From: Thecamonas trahens ATCC 50062
Taxonomy: Eukaryota > Protista > Apusomonadida
Length of the DNA stretch: 64,000 nt
Direction: 5' to 3'
NCBI RefSeq assembly: GCF_000142905.1
Contig: NW_013657648.1
Location: forward strand, 124,001-188,000
The first letter of the stretch is position 1; every line of letters starts with the position of its first letter. Of the stretch, positions 12,101 through 23,600 are shown piece after piece. The notes below the pieces were generated by a model. It did not search any database and was not told the DNA's origin. It worked only from the letters and a program-made list of their open reading frames with translations. A program made the position numbers and the translations under genes.

Positions 12101-15100
12101 GGCGAACCTCGCGGAGAAAGCCTGCCTCCTCCAGCCGGAGTCCAAGCTCAAGTGCGATCGATCCACAGAGAAGCTGGTCGTAGAACTCGAGCCCGAGTAA
12201 GGTCTGGTGGATGGCCGAGAGGACAAAGATGTCAAAGTCAGGCGAGAGCACCGCCGCCGCTGCCACCAACCCGGCCCCGGCCTGCTCGGCCTCGGCCTGA
12301 GCGCCGCGGACCTTGGCTGAGAGCTCGAGGTATTGCGAATGGAGAAAGAGCGCAACGTCGAGCAGAAGCGCAGCGTGGTCGACCACCGCTGCAGACGCCG
12401 GGCTCACCCGTCTAGAGCCGTGTGCAGTAAAGCACGACGACAGCGAGATGGCGATTTGCTGCAGCAGTTGCAACCGCTGTGCAACCGGCGGCTCACCCAC
12501 TCCCGTGCCTTGGCCTGTAGGCGTAGGATTCGGTGGTGTGGTGCCGCTACCGGCTTGCGAAAGCGCACCGAGGCGCGGGAGCGATCGCATGCCGGCGCGG
12601 CGCGGCGTGGTCGGCCGCCCGCTCTTCGGCGAGCGCGGCGGCCGCGGAAGCGAGGACGTCTTGGGTGAGTGTGGCGACGGGCGCGGCGAATGCGGCTCAG
12701 GCGTGAGTCCGGTCAGCGCCTTTTGAATGGCGGCATGTGACGGCTCGACTAGCGCCGCACCGCTGCGGTATGAGTAAACACATCGAAGCAAGTCTAGACG
12801 AAGGGTCGCGGCGTTGTTGATGGCGCCATCAGCGGCGGCGCTCGGCACCGCCGCCCATCCACGCAACGGCAGCAGATGCTCCGGGAGGAGCGAGTCAAAC
12901 TTGAGCCGCACAAAGGCAGAGGTCCAGAGCCGTGAGAAAAACTCCCACTTGACATGCTGGAGCGCGAGGTCGATGATCGCGAGATGGGTCTCAATGCCAA
13001 AAAGAGTTGGAATGAGGAAGCTGGACGGGAGCTTCGGGACCGCCGACGACGACGATGTGCCCGAACGAGACGACTTGCTGGCTGTAGTAGCCGAGCCCGT
13101 GCTTCGCGGTGTCCGAGAGCCTGTCCCACGCCTCGAAGCCTTGCTTGACGAAGTCGGGCGCGATGCGGTGCCGGGCCGCGAGCTCGGCCGTGTCCCGCTG
13201 GATGACGGGCAGGCGGTTGCGAGGCCGGCGTCCTCGCGCGTTGCGGTCGGCGCGAGCCATGCCGCGAGAAGCGGAGAAGTGATTATGTCAAGGACATCAA
13301 GGAGACGTGAAGCAACGTTTGCGCGCGCCTCGTCGAGCTTGGGCGTCGCCAGCGGGCGTGCGTTCGGCTCGGTGAGACCATGGACAACGGCTGCCACCAT
13401 CGCTTTGCCCGAAGGAAACATCGAGGCAAGCACTATGGCAAGCGCGGTCGGGTTGGCCGCAGAGGCAAACAGGGTGCCTACTTTCTTGGCTTCCGAAGTA
13501 TCATAAAGCCTGATCTTTGCGAGACCACCGTCTGTCGCTGACGACGACGCTGACGCCGAGCCCGAGTCGTGCCCGCCGTCACGACCAGAGCCTGGAGCCG
13601 AGCTGCCACCGTCGCTCCGGCCGGCTGCGGACGAGCTTGTTGCAGCCCCGCGCGAACTGCGCTGCGATCGCGACGAGCGCGACGCACGGGAGTTCGACCG
13701 CGGCGACGGGTGAAAGCGTTCTGACGAAGTCGCATCTGCTGCCGAGAGTGAAGTCGGAATGGCATCGTTCTCACCGAGGCCGAGCAAGTGCTTGAGCGCC
13801 TGTCGCCGCGAAGACGACAGCGCCGTGAGCTTTGGTGAGGAGCGCGACCTAGCCGGCGGGTGGCGAGCGCGGCGACTGCAAGCGACGGTTCATGCAGCAG
13901 ATACTTGAGCGAGATGGCGAGAAGCCGAGCAGCAGCATCGTCAAAGGCAGCCAAGGTCGAGGCAGGCGGCGGCACCAAGTCGGAGCGCTCGAGCTCTTCC
14001 AGAAAGTGCAGCCTGTCGATGGCGCGAGTGAGGGCGGCCGAGGCGGCCGAGTAAGAACCAAGGTCTTCATACGCCTCGACAATAAAGATGTAAATGGAGA
14101 TGCGCCAAGCCAGATTTTCGACAGCTAGAGTGTCGACTCGGGCCTCGAGCGCCGTGGCGGCGTAGAGGGCAAAGTCGAGGACATGGGCAGTAAGGCCGAG
14201 CGCAAACGGGCGCTGAATCGACCGGTAGAGGAGAATGGTGCCATTGAGCGTGAGCCAGGTGAGCGCAGGAGAGACAAAGGTTACCCGAAGCGCGGTCTGC
14301 ATATCGATGAGCGCGGCGCGGACGTCGGCAATGGTCTCCGGCCGCATGTATCGCGGGTCGACGAGCTCCGCGGCTACGATGGCACACTGTGCTGCACCGT
14401 AGCTGGCTCGGACAGCCAGTTCGGCTTCCGATGGTGCAGCACCGGCCGCGTCAGGGCGACTTACCAGCGGTGGCGTGGCCAGCGTTGCCGACGCGCCGGC
14501 CGCAAGCTGCGAGCGCGAGGCCGTCGCCGCCGGCGGCACGGCCTGAGTCGCCTCGGACGGCGAGCGGGTGAGGACGGCAATCGAGTGGGCGACAATGTCC
14601 GAAGGCGGCCCGCCCCGCGGTGTCCGCATGTCGGTGGCAGCTTGCTTCGGCCGCGGCGCAGCCACGGCGGTGAGGTAGCCCTCGGCGGTTGAGTAGACCC
14701 GCTCGATGACGGTGCGGACCTCGGGGTGCTCAAAGAAGAGGCGCAGCGCGGCGTGGGCATGCCCGCCGGCCAACAGCCGCTCACCGGTAGCAACCAAGAC
14801 CGAGACAAAGAAGGCCTGTGGGACTTTGGGCGGAGCCATGGCTTCCAGAAGGCCCGTCATCCGCAGCGAGACCGAGTTGCGCAGCGAGGCGTCGGCGCCG
14901 GCCGCCTGGAACGACCGCACGTACTCGTCCAGCGACGCCGCAAACGTCTTGCTCGCCGCAGCCTGGTACCGGTCGGTCCCGGCATGAACCGGCCCGCCTC
15001 CTTCGTTGTGCTTCTTGGGCGGCAGTTTTCTATGTGCCACGTCGTCCGTGCCCTGTCGAGGTGGGGAGACGTGTAGCGCCAGCCGCCGCGTGGTGGTGTG

Positions 15101-15193
15101 GCTGGCGCGAAAACCGGTGGCCGGCCGGCTGCCCGCCCGCCAGGACGGACCCAGGGGGAAGGCCTGGCGCCAAACGCAACGCCGTGGCGGCAT
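3126..15193 (-). CDS. CFAP54: Cilia- and flagella-associated protein 54 (central pair C1d), about 4000 aa, split by one -1 frameshift near 13858-13860 and an N gap
   Basis: ORF 13478-15379 has the CFAP54 N-terminal motifs (WLTLNGTILLY...LAWRISIY...AIDRLHFLEELE). ORF 3126-13787 has PPPLLVYRTSTSMAL...NTELEGTG...LKANTGYAFAMAA...GAVSASTGEL. One extra C in ACCC joins the two frames (LATPPARSRSSPKL). Start uncertain: ATG 15193, or a 3' splice site CAG near 15053. Confidence 0.85.
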
Positions 15194-16097
15194 CACGCGC
15201 TCGGGCAGCGGGTAGTCTTGGAGGAGTTTACGGCTTTGACGCCTTGGATGGTGGTCGCGCCCTGTGAAGGTACAGCTCGCCCCAGGCCGGACTTGGCCGG
15301 CAGGCAGGCCCGACAGGGCAGGAGATCGTGAGAAGCTGCCGCAAGTAGCTGCATCACGAGTACAGTTGTCAAACAACACACAATCACACTTGCAGTAACA
15401 CTTGTTCCAGACGGAGGAGAGATCAAGACCGTTGACGTGGCGAGGTCATGGCCACCGACAGTGGGCGAGCGAGGCGCACGCAAGTGGTTACTCTGAGATC
15501 AACCAGGCCAGGCCAGCTACAAGATAGTGCAGACTACGCAGCATGCATGATCCCGCGATGGACGACCTGGCTCGTTACGGTAGCCAGGATGGACAGCCGT
15601 GCCGTATCCTGGATATCCAGGGTTCTCGTTGTGGCGTGGGCCAGGTGCGTTGGGAGTGTACGCCGGCGGCGACGCATACGTCGACCCCAGCAGTGATGCC
15701 TGTTTGGCTTCGTGTGCCTACTCCCTCCCCGCCCCACCAGCCATACCGACCACATCCATCCCACCCGTCCCATCGGCCATAGCCATGACAGCAGCTGTGA
15801 GTGTTCCACGCCTTGCTGCACGTCGCGCACGTGCGGTTCCTTCCCCTACCGCCTCTCCTTCGCCCCCATCCGCCTCTACCTATGCTTGCCAGACACCGTA
15901 CCTTGCCAGACATGTATGTATGTATATGAATATATGAATATATGCGTGTGTGTGTGGGGGGGGGGAGGGTAGGGTCGAGAGTGGTCTGGTGTTGTGTGCT
16001 CGCGTGTGCGGGGTGACCGGCTCGTTGGCGTGACCAACATGCCCCATGGCTCGATCATGCCCTGCCGCAGTGTGCCCGATCAGTCTCAGCCGTGGGC

Positions 16098-16101
16098 ACA
16101 C

Positions 16102-16134
<33 letters not shown>

Positions 16135-16150
16135 TACACACACACACACA
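16098..16150. repeat. (CA)n microsatellite with interruptions
   Basis: Directly visible cacacacatacacatacacacaca... tract in the intergenic region between divergent genes. Confidence 0.9.
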
Positions 16151-16405
16151 TACCGAATCGCAAGCAGTCACAACTGAACGCAGTTATCCATCAGGCTTCC
16201 ATTGCCCGATCAAGCACGCCGCAGGGCCCGCTCAAGGCAAGCTTCTTACTGCCTCTGCCTGCTGCCTGACAGCCCATTCCGAGTCGCACTCGGCGGAACA
16301 GCTGGACAGCTGAACAGGGCACAAACACAGCCACAAGCCAAACACTGCACTCCCCTCCCCTCCCCCCCCCCCCCCCCATTCCATTTCACCCCCCTGCACG
16401 CGGCA

Positions 16406-17854
16406 ATGGCTGACCTGCGGTGGTCCGACTCGTCGCTCATCGACATCACCGGCCCGGTCGAGGTCGAGACGCCTCAGGCTCAGGCTCGGCCGCCTGACAG
16501 CAGCACTACCACCGCCACCACAGCCAGCAAAGACAACAACGACGACATCACGCTCTCGCTTGACACGGCGAGTGAGACAGGTGGCGATTCGACTTTGGAG
16601 ATCATCGATCTGAGCTCAGGGTCGCCGTCACGGCCGTCATCCCCGTCTACCTCGCTGCTGCTGTCGCCGTCACGGGTGCGGAAGCGGAAGCGGAAGCGGC
16701 GGCAGACACGCGAGTCTCTCGACACAGACGCTACCATCAACCTTGTGTCCGATGCTGAGCCTGAGCCTGTTGCTGTAGCTGAAGCCGATCCCGAGGCGAC
16801 GCTATCATTCGTGGCCGATGCGGAGACGGACAGCTCACCGCTCAAGCGACAGAGGACGCTGATGTTGCCGAGTCGCGAGCCGGGCCCGGCGCCGGATCGG
16901 ATCCGTGCACTGGTTGACTCGGAGACCCATGCTGCCGAGCTGCGGTTCCTCTGCTCGGTGTTGGGCGTGGATACGGAGTCGGAAGGCGAGGATCGGTTGG
17001 TCGCCGTACGAGATGCGCTTGTGGCCGCCAATTGGGACCAGGGCAGTGCGTTCGAGCAGCTTCGCCCTACCTCGCGGGTCGCTGGCGCCGAGCCGGCGGC
17101 GGCCTGTCTCATCTGCCTCGACGATTTGGACGGCGAATCGCTCTACTTTGCACTCGACACCTGCACACATCTGTTCCATCACGCTTGCCTCGCACAGCAC
17201 ATTGTGTTCAAGCTCGAGGCACTCGCGTTTCCGGTCTGCTGCCCGATGCCCGACTGTAGTGCGGAGCTTGCGCCGTCAGACGTCGAGAACCACCTCGAGC
17301 CCGACCAGTGGGCGGCGTACTGCTCCCAGTCGTTCGCGCACGCGCTTCGCGCGCCATCGTTTGTCCACTGCCCGACTCCCGACTGCCCGTTTGCCGCCGA
17401 GATGGATCTCCCGCCCCTGGCTAGCGGCTCAGGACCCGACGCCGGGAGCTACGTCGAGCTCGCATGCCCTGCGTGCGAGCAAACAAGCTGCGCCCGGTGC
17501 CAGCGTCCTGCCCATGCCGGCATGACGTGCGGCGCGGCCAAGGCTGCGGCGCTCGAGTCGCAGCTCGAGTCATCGATCGCGGGCCTCGGCATGCGGCAGT
17601 GTCCCTCTTGCAGAGTATGGATCGAAAAGGTGGACGGGTGTGACAAGATCCGTTGTCTGTGCGGCGCCAAGTGGTGCTTTGTCTGCCTCACGCCCAACGC
17701 CACCTGCTCGTGCACCTCGCGCGCTCACGGCTTTCACCCCGCATCGGCCGTCGTCACCAACTTTGGCCGCTCCACCGCATCCGAGGCCGCAGGCGCTAGC
17801 TCGGTCGCCCGCCGACTCCAGCGGCAGGCCTCGCTTCTCCGGCGTGCCACCTGA
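16406..17854 (+). CDS. RBR (RING1-IBR-RING2) E3 ubiquitin ligase with N-terminal SIM-like motifs and a UBA-like segment
   Basis: RING1 CLICLDD...CTHLFHHACL...CPMPDC; IBR CPTPDC...CPAC...CARC...H...C; RING2 QCPSCRVWIEKVDGCDKIRCLCGAKWCFVC, with the catalytic Cys position retained. ATG 16406 follows a poly-C tract. Confidence 0.9.
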   Translation: MADLRWSDSSLIDITGPVEVETPQAQARPPDSSTTTATTASKDNNDDITLSLDTASETGGDSTLEIIDLSSGSPSRPSSPSTSLLLSPSRVRKRKRKRRQTRESLDTDATINLVSDAEPEPVAVAEADPEATLSFVADAETDSSPLKRQRTLMLPSREPGPAPDRIRALVDSETHAAELRFLCSVLGVDTESEGEDRLVAVRDALVAANWDQGSAFEQLRPTSRVAGAEPAAACLICLDDLDGESLYFALDTCTHLFHHACLAQHIVFKLEALAFPVCCPMPDCSAELAPSDVENHLEPDQWAAYCSQSFAHALRAPSFVHCPTPDCPFAAEMDLPPLASGSGPDAGSYVELACPACEQTSCARCQRPAHAGMTCGAAKAAALESQLESSIAGLGMRQCPSCRVWIEKVDGCDKIRCLCGAKWCFVCLTPNATCSCTSRAHGFHPASAVVTNFGRSTASEAAGASSVARRLQRQASLLRRAT

Positions 17855-18049
17855 GGCGTCCATGCACCACCGTCGCCCTATTGTACTGTAGGGCCCTGCA
17901 CGTGAAACACTACTATGTAAATTGGCTTTCAGCCGGGGAGAACGTCACTTTCGCGGACAATACGACGTCCACCCACGCGTTCCCCAGCCAAGCCGCACGC
18001 TGAGTCAAGCAAAGACGGCACACACCACTCGCTCGGGGCTTGGAGCGAC

Positions 18050-20678
18050 ATGGTGTCGTTCCATACGCTCCGAACATGCGGCCACACAACATTCATGCTC
18101 TTCTTTACCATCTTTGTAGTTGTGGCCTACATCCGTGTTGTCTATGATGGCCTCGCTTGGGCCGGCGTCGTCCTTCCGCTCTTCCTTGGTACGTTCGTCC
18201 GACTTGAGCCATTCAGCCATGTGACCATACAGCCATGCATGGTTTCATCACATTCCTTTTTCTGGCCCTCACACCAGGCCCTCACACCCTTGTCAACCAT
18301 CATCGCCCATGCCCCCCGCCCCCTCCCCCCCCCTCCCCCCAACCACCACATCACCGCATGCCATACCATGCTCAATGCAGGCCATGCAGCCATTTGCCCT
18401 ACCCCCATCCCCTTCCCCTTCCCTCCCCTGTCACTTGTTCGCTCCTCCGCAATGAAATGACACGATGCGAGACCGTAGCCCGCACCTCGCCTCCTTGCAC
18501 TCACACGGATCAACGCGGCTTTCGGTGGCAACTCGTGGCGGCGGTTTGTGATGGCGACTCGTGGTGGCGACTCGTGGTGGCGATAGGTCTGGCGGTCGAG
18601 TCGGCGACGCTCGGCCACACTATTGCTCAGCTCTGGCCGTTCTTCAGGGTGGCCATACGGGTGCGGACTGGCCTGCTAGCGGCTATGTTTGTCCGCTTTC
18701 AGGCCTTTGTGTGGGTGGCAGCAGTGACGCTTGCGGTGGGCATGCTGGCAATTGTCGTGTCGGTCGAGAGCATGCACCCGGCGTGGGCGATGGCACCCAT
18801 GTATCTACAGAGCTGTACCGCGCTCTTCCTATACTTGTGGATCAAGCGGGAGACCAACGACCGCATTTCGGTGGTGCGGACCCACGGCGTGTTGCATCTT
18901 TTTTCGCTTGCGCTCACCCTTCTCCTCACGTTCAAGACTACGTCTGCGCCGTACCTATCGTGGTGGATTGTGTTTTCCCCACTCTGGCTCCTCCTTGCCT
19001 CCGCCGTTGTCATCCTCATCTCGCTCATGTTCTACGTCTTCATGGTCCCTATCTCGCGGTGGCAGCGGCTCTACTTTCTCTCGCTCTACTGCCTCCTCAT
19101 CGTCACTGTGGTCGTGCCGTGCACGGTCTGCCTGGTCATCTTCACAACAGGGCTCGACGCTGGTCTCGACCCGGGCTACCAGACCGCATTTGCGGTTGCG
19201 TTCTTCGAGCTTGTCGTCCTCTGGATCGCCTTTGCGGTGCTTGTGCGCTCCCAGCGCCGCGCGCGCCGCGCGCGCCAGCACGAAATCGAGGAGGCGCAAG
19301 CCGCGCTCGCGCGGGCGCTCGCTGCGCGGCTCGAATCGGCCCCGTCGGCGCCCGATGCAGGAGGTTCAGGCAGCTCACTGGTGGCGTCCACCACCACGCC
19401 TGGCGCGCCGGCACTCGAGTCGATCACCCGTACACCACAATCCCGGAACCGGATCGGCCCGCCGCCTCTCCCAGAAATCGCCATCTACGAGAGCGATAAC
19501 GAGTTTGAGGCGGCCACCAACGAGACATGCGTCATCTGCTTTGACGACATGGCCAACACTATTCTGCAAGACTGTGGCCACAACCAGTTCTGCATCGCCT
19601 GCGCCAGACAGGTCCGTAAGTGCCCGCTCTGCCGCGCGCCTATTGTCGGCATTGTCCACCGCCTGCCTGAATCGGCCCGTGATGCGCCGTCGCGGCAGGC
19701 CCTGGCTGCCTTTGAAATGCACCTCCGCTACGAGCACCAGCTCCAGCGCCTTGCCCATGAGAACGGCAGCGCGCCGACACGTACTCCGCTTCCACGCATC
19801 CGTCGCCGCATCGGCCCGCTCGGCTCGGACAGCATCGCTCGCGAGGGCCACGTCCCGGCCATGGCCGCCCGCCACGCCGCCGTCTCGACCGACGAGTCGC
19901 CAGTCTCATCCACCCACGTTCGTTCGACTTCGCTCACCGCGTCGGACCGGACATCCGTCACTGTCGCAGGCTCTGGCCGGCGGACCACCCGAATCGACGA
20001 AGAGGCGCCGCACCCGCGCGCTGTCACCCCACGCCCAATCTTCTCACAGAGCTACATGGCCTCGCTGGCCGAGCGGAGCCGAACGCCCGACGGCGACGCC
20101 CTTGCCCGTTTCTTGGCGTACATGCCCATGGCCGCGGGCCTACTTCCCGACTCCGGCCACGACGACGACGTATCAGCCACTCCCAGCGAGCCGCAGCTCT
20201 TCTCGCTCGTCGGCGCCATCCCGCGGCGCACCCGTTCGCGCTCGTCAGCTCGCTCCTCGCGGCGCTCGTCGCTCCAGACCCCCAACCTTGTCCGCATCGA
20301 GTCTGCCGAGACCTCCGAGCTGGCATCGGCCATAGCGTCGGCCCTGGCCGACGCCGATCCTGATCACGCCGCTTCCCTTGCCGATCGCAACCGCTCGAGC
20401 GCCTCCCCGAGCCCGTCGTGCCGTCCAATTCGTCTCGCTCGGTAGAACTTGACCGCGCCGACAGCTCGCGGTCCAGCTCAGCCTCGCTGAGCTTGGTCCC
20501 GGATAGCGCTGACTCGGCCGACTCTTCCTGCCTCTCGTATGACTCGGATGCGCCATCTGACGTCGGCTCGCTCTCGGACTCGATTGCTTCAGCCCGCATC
20601 TCGGGGCGCTCATCAGACTCGGTTGTTGGTAACGTTTACGACTCGCCTCATATCATCAAGTACGGCGACCAAGCGTAG
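18050..20678 (+). CDS. Multi-pass membrane protein (TMEM185/Fragile-X-F-like) with C3HC4 RING finger; exons 18050-18188 and 18587-20678, -1 frameshift near 20405-20408
   Basis: Splicing GTACGT(18189)...TAG(18586) gives in-frame LPLFLG-LAVES. Several hydrophobic helices, motifs WAGVVLPLF and SWWIVFSPLWL, RING CVICFDD...CGHNQFCIAC...CPLCR. The Ser-rich tail continues in ORF 20418-20678 if one C is added to CCCC; otherwise the stop is at 20445. Confidence 0.75.
18189..18586 (+). other. Spliceosomal intron (398 nt)
   Basis: Donor GTACGT, branch-like ACTCAC at 18499-18504, acceptor TAG. Removal restores the reading frame. Confidence 0.8.
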
Positions 20679-23600
20679 TCATACGCCCTTTCCCAGCAGC
20701 GCCGCCTTGTCGCGCATCCGCCTAGCCCGGATGTACTCGCGCTTTTGCGCAGACGTCATCTCCGACTTGCGCACGCCACGCAAGTGTTCTGGAAGCCATC
20801 CATCGTCGCGCTCGGCTCCATGCTGCCCAATAGCAGCTCGGGGCTGTGTCGGAGCCGGGGCTGAAGCCGGAGCCGGAGCCGGAGCCAGAGCCGAAGCCGG
20901 AGACATAGAGGTCCTCTCTGCCACTGGTGCCGCGGGCGCCGGTCCGAGTGCGGCCCTCTTGGCGCGCACATAGCGCCGCTTGTCAGCCTCACTGTACGTC
21001 GACTTGGCCCGCCGCAGGTCAGCTGGCACCCAGTCAGGGAAGGTCCGCCGCGGGCTTGCGGCCAGCTGCTCAGGTATCGATGTCGTTGCCGGTGCAGATG
21101 CTGGTGCCTTGGACTGGCGCTCTCTGGTCGCCTCCCCACCGTCAAGCGCCTCCTGTGATGCCTTAAACGCCCGACGTGCTCGAACATACGCCTTGCGCTC
21201 CGCCCGAGTCATCTCCGACTTGGCCTTGCCACGGAGCTCGAGAGGAACCCATGGCTTGTCGCCGTTGTCGTTGATGTCGGCGGCAACTTCTGCCGGGGCT
21301 GTGGCCGGGACTGGCGCCTCGGCTGCCGCCATCCGCTTCCGCGACTTGGAGCGCAGCCGCTTGTCACCAGGCAACTTGCGAACCATTTCGACGCTTCCAT
21401 CGCGATGCTTGATGCGGTACCACTTGGAACGCTGGCCCGGCTCGACCGAGCTGGCGCGCCCGCGGCCAGATGACGACGATGATGACGACGATGACGACCC
21501 GCCGTCTGAGCTTGCGTCCTCACTCACACCTTCACCCAATCCCGAGCCGCCACCAACGTCTGCATCAGTCCCAGGGCGTGCCTGTGCGGCCTTCTTGCTC
21601 GACTCGAGACCGTCCGGCTTGCGGTCGACAATCTCGACGGTGCCGTCGCGATGCGTGATGCGATACCGCTTGCGCTTGGTGCTACTCGCGCGAGCGCGTG
21701 GCAGCGGCGAGTCGGGTCCAGCGCTCATTGAGGACGCACGAGCGCGGGCTCGCGACAACGAGCGCGACGCTGACCGTGGCCGCACGCCCTTGGGCTTGCT
21801 GTCGAGAATCTCGACTTCGTGGTTACGGTGGTAGACGCGGTAATGCTTGCGCCGAGCCGGCGACGCCGACACTGGACCGGAGCTATGATCGCCTTCGCCC
21901 GATATTGCTCGCGGCAGTGCCGAGACTGATCGCCGCCGCGGCTTGCGTGCCACAATGACCACAGAGCCATCACGCTTGTGGACACGGTAAAGCTTGCGCC
22001 GCTGGCTTGTCACCGACTCGGCGCCCGGAGACGCTGCCTGTGGCTGGCTGTGTCGCGGCATCTTTCCGGTAGTGTGCGGACCATTCTGCGACGGCGACAT
22101 GATCTCGCGACGGACCGGCGACCGTGACTTGGACCGCTGCGCCAAGGCAGGACTACGCGCACTGTCGTGACCACGTGGACGACCGCGCGGGCGACCACGG
22201 CCACGGCCACGGCCACGGCCACGACCGCGACCTGATCCACGAGCCTTGCGCGGCGAGGATCGGCCCTTGCGCGGCGAGACCGACCGTGGCTCGGCGAGCG
22301 CTGCAATGCGCTCTTGTCGCGCCCGTTCGGCAGTCTGGCGTGCGGTGGCAAGTTCGGTCCGCAGCTTGGTGTTCACCCGTTTGGCTTCGGCCAGCTCGTC
22401 TTCAAGCACAGTCACCTGGGCTGCCGACTCGGCCTGGGCAGCCAGCAACTCATACTCGTCGCGATCGAGCTCGACCACACCAGCGCGTCGCGCGACCGCC
22501 TCATCGGCAGCGCGAGCGGCTGCCTCGGTGTTGGCACGAGCGGCGACAACCTCGTTGACAAGGTCGTGGTTCTGAGCCTGCAGCACAGCGAGCGCATCTG
22601 AGAGCTGCGCATCATTCTCGCGGGCAGTCTCTCCGTCTCGCACGAGAGCCTCAAGCTCTTCCTGGGCCACTTCCAGCTCTGCTTCGGCGGCGGCAGCCTT
22701 GGCAGTCACCGCGGCGAGATCGGTCTGTAGAGTCTCGGCGCGAGCAGCTGCAGCATCACGCTCGGCCTGAGCGGCATCGCGCTCGGTCTCTAGGTCCACA
22801 AGCTGGTCAAAGAGCTCGTGGATCCGCGACTCTTCGAGCGCGACAATGCCTGGGCCAAGGCCAGATTTCGGTGCCGGGGAGGACAGCGCGCTAGCGTCCG
22901 AGTCAGCGGCACGGATGGCGAGGACATCGACCGAAGCCTGCATGACCGAGATGAGTGCATCCTTCTCGGCATGGAGCATAGAGAGCTCACGAATGAGCGC
23001 GTGTGCTGCAGGTAGAGAGTCGGGCAAAGTGTCGGCAGTAAATGAGTCGCAAGCCTCATACACAGGCTCAGGGGCTGTAACAGGAGGCGCCGCGCGACGG
23101 ACGACTTCAGCCTCGTCCTCCAGTGCGGCGATTCGAGCGTACGCACCACGTAGCTCGTCTTTGGCATCATTGTACTCACGGCGGAAACCCTTCATCTGCT
23201 TGGAGACCTTGACCAGCAGGGCACGCGAGTCGGCGAGGCACTGCTTGAGGTCGTCGCGGTCGCGGGTGACGGCGTCGAGCTCGGCGCCAACCGACGAGAG
23301 CTCAGCAGTCAGGTCCTCGACATTTGCGCCCAGGACGGCGTTTTCAGCGAGCAGCGTGTTGCGGGCCGAGTCAAGGGCGGCGTCGGCCGAGTCTGCAGCG
23401 GCGGTTGCGGCGGCGGCGCGTGCGTTGAGGCTCGTGATTTGAGCGGCGAGCTTGGCGTTGGCGGTTTTGAGCTCGGAGCGCTCGGCACGGAGCTCGCGAA
23501 GGGTAGCGTTAAGGGCAGCTACCTGCTCGATTGACTCGTTGGAGGCAAAGACCGAGGTCTCGAGTTCGGCGCGCTGATCGTCAAGCTGGACTTCGGCCAT

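Noticed and set aside
15400-16090. Short ORFs (15448-15696, 15599-15937) and the 14-bp palindrome CCTGGATATCCAGG at about 15608-15621
   Set aside because: No coding-like bias or motifs. A single short palindrome is not enough to call an ncRNA or a transposon end.
17630-17665. RING2 motif GCDK instead of GCNH as a sign of an inactive RBR ligase
   Set aside because: The catalytic Cys position is retained, and other RBR ligases such as RNF14 also have Lys at that position.
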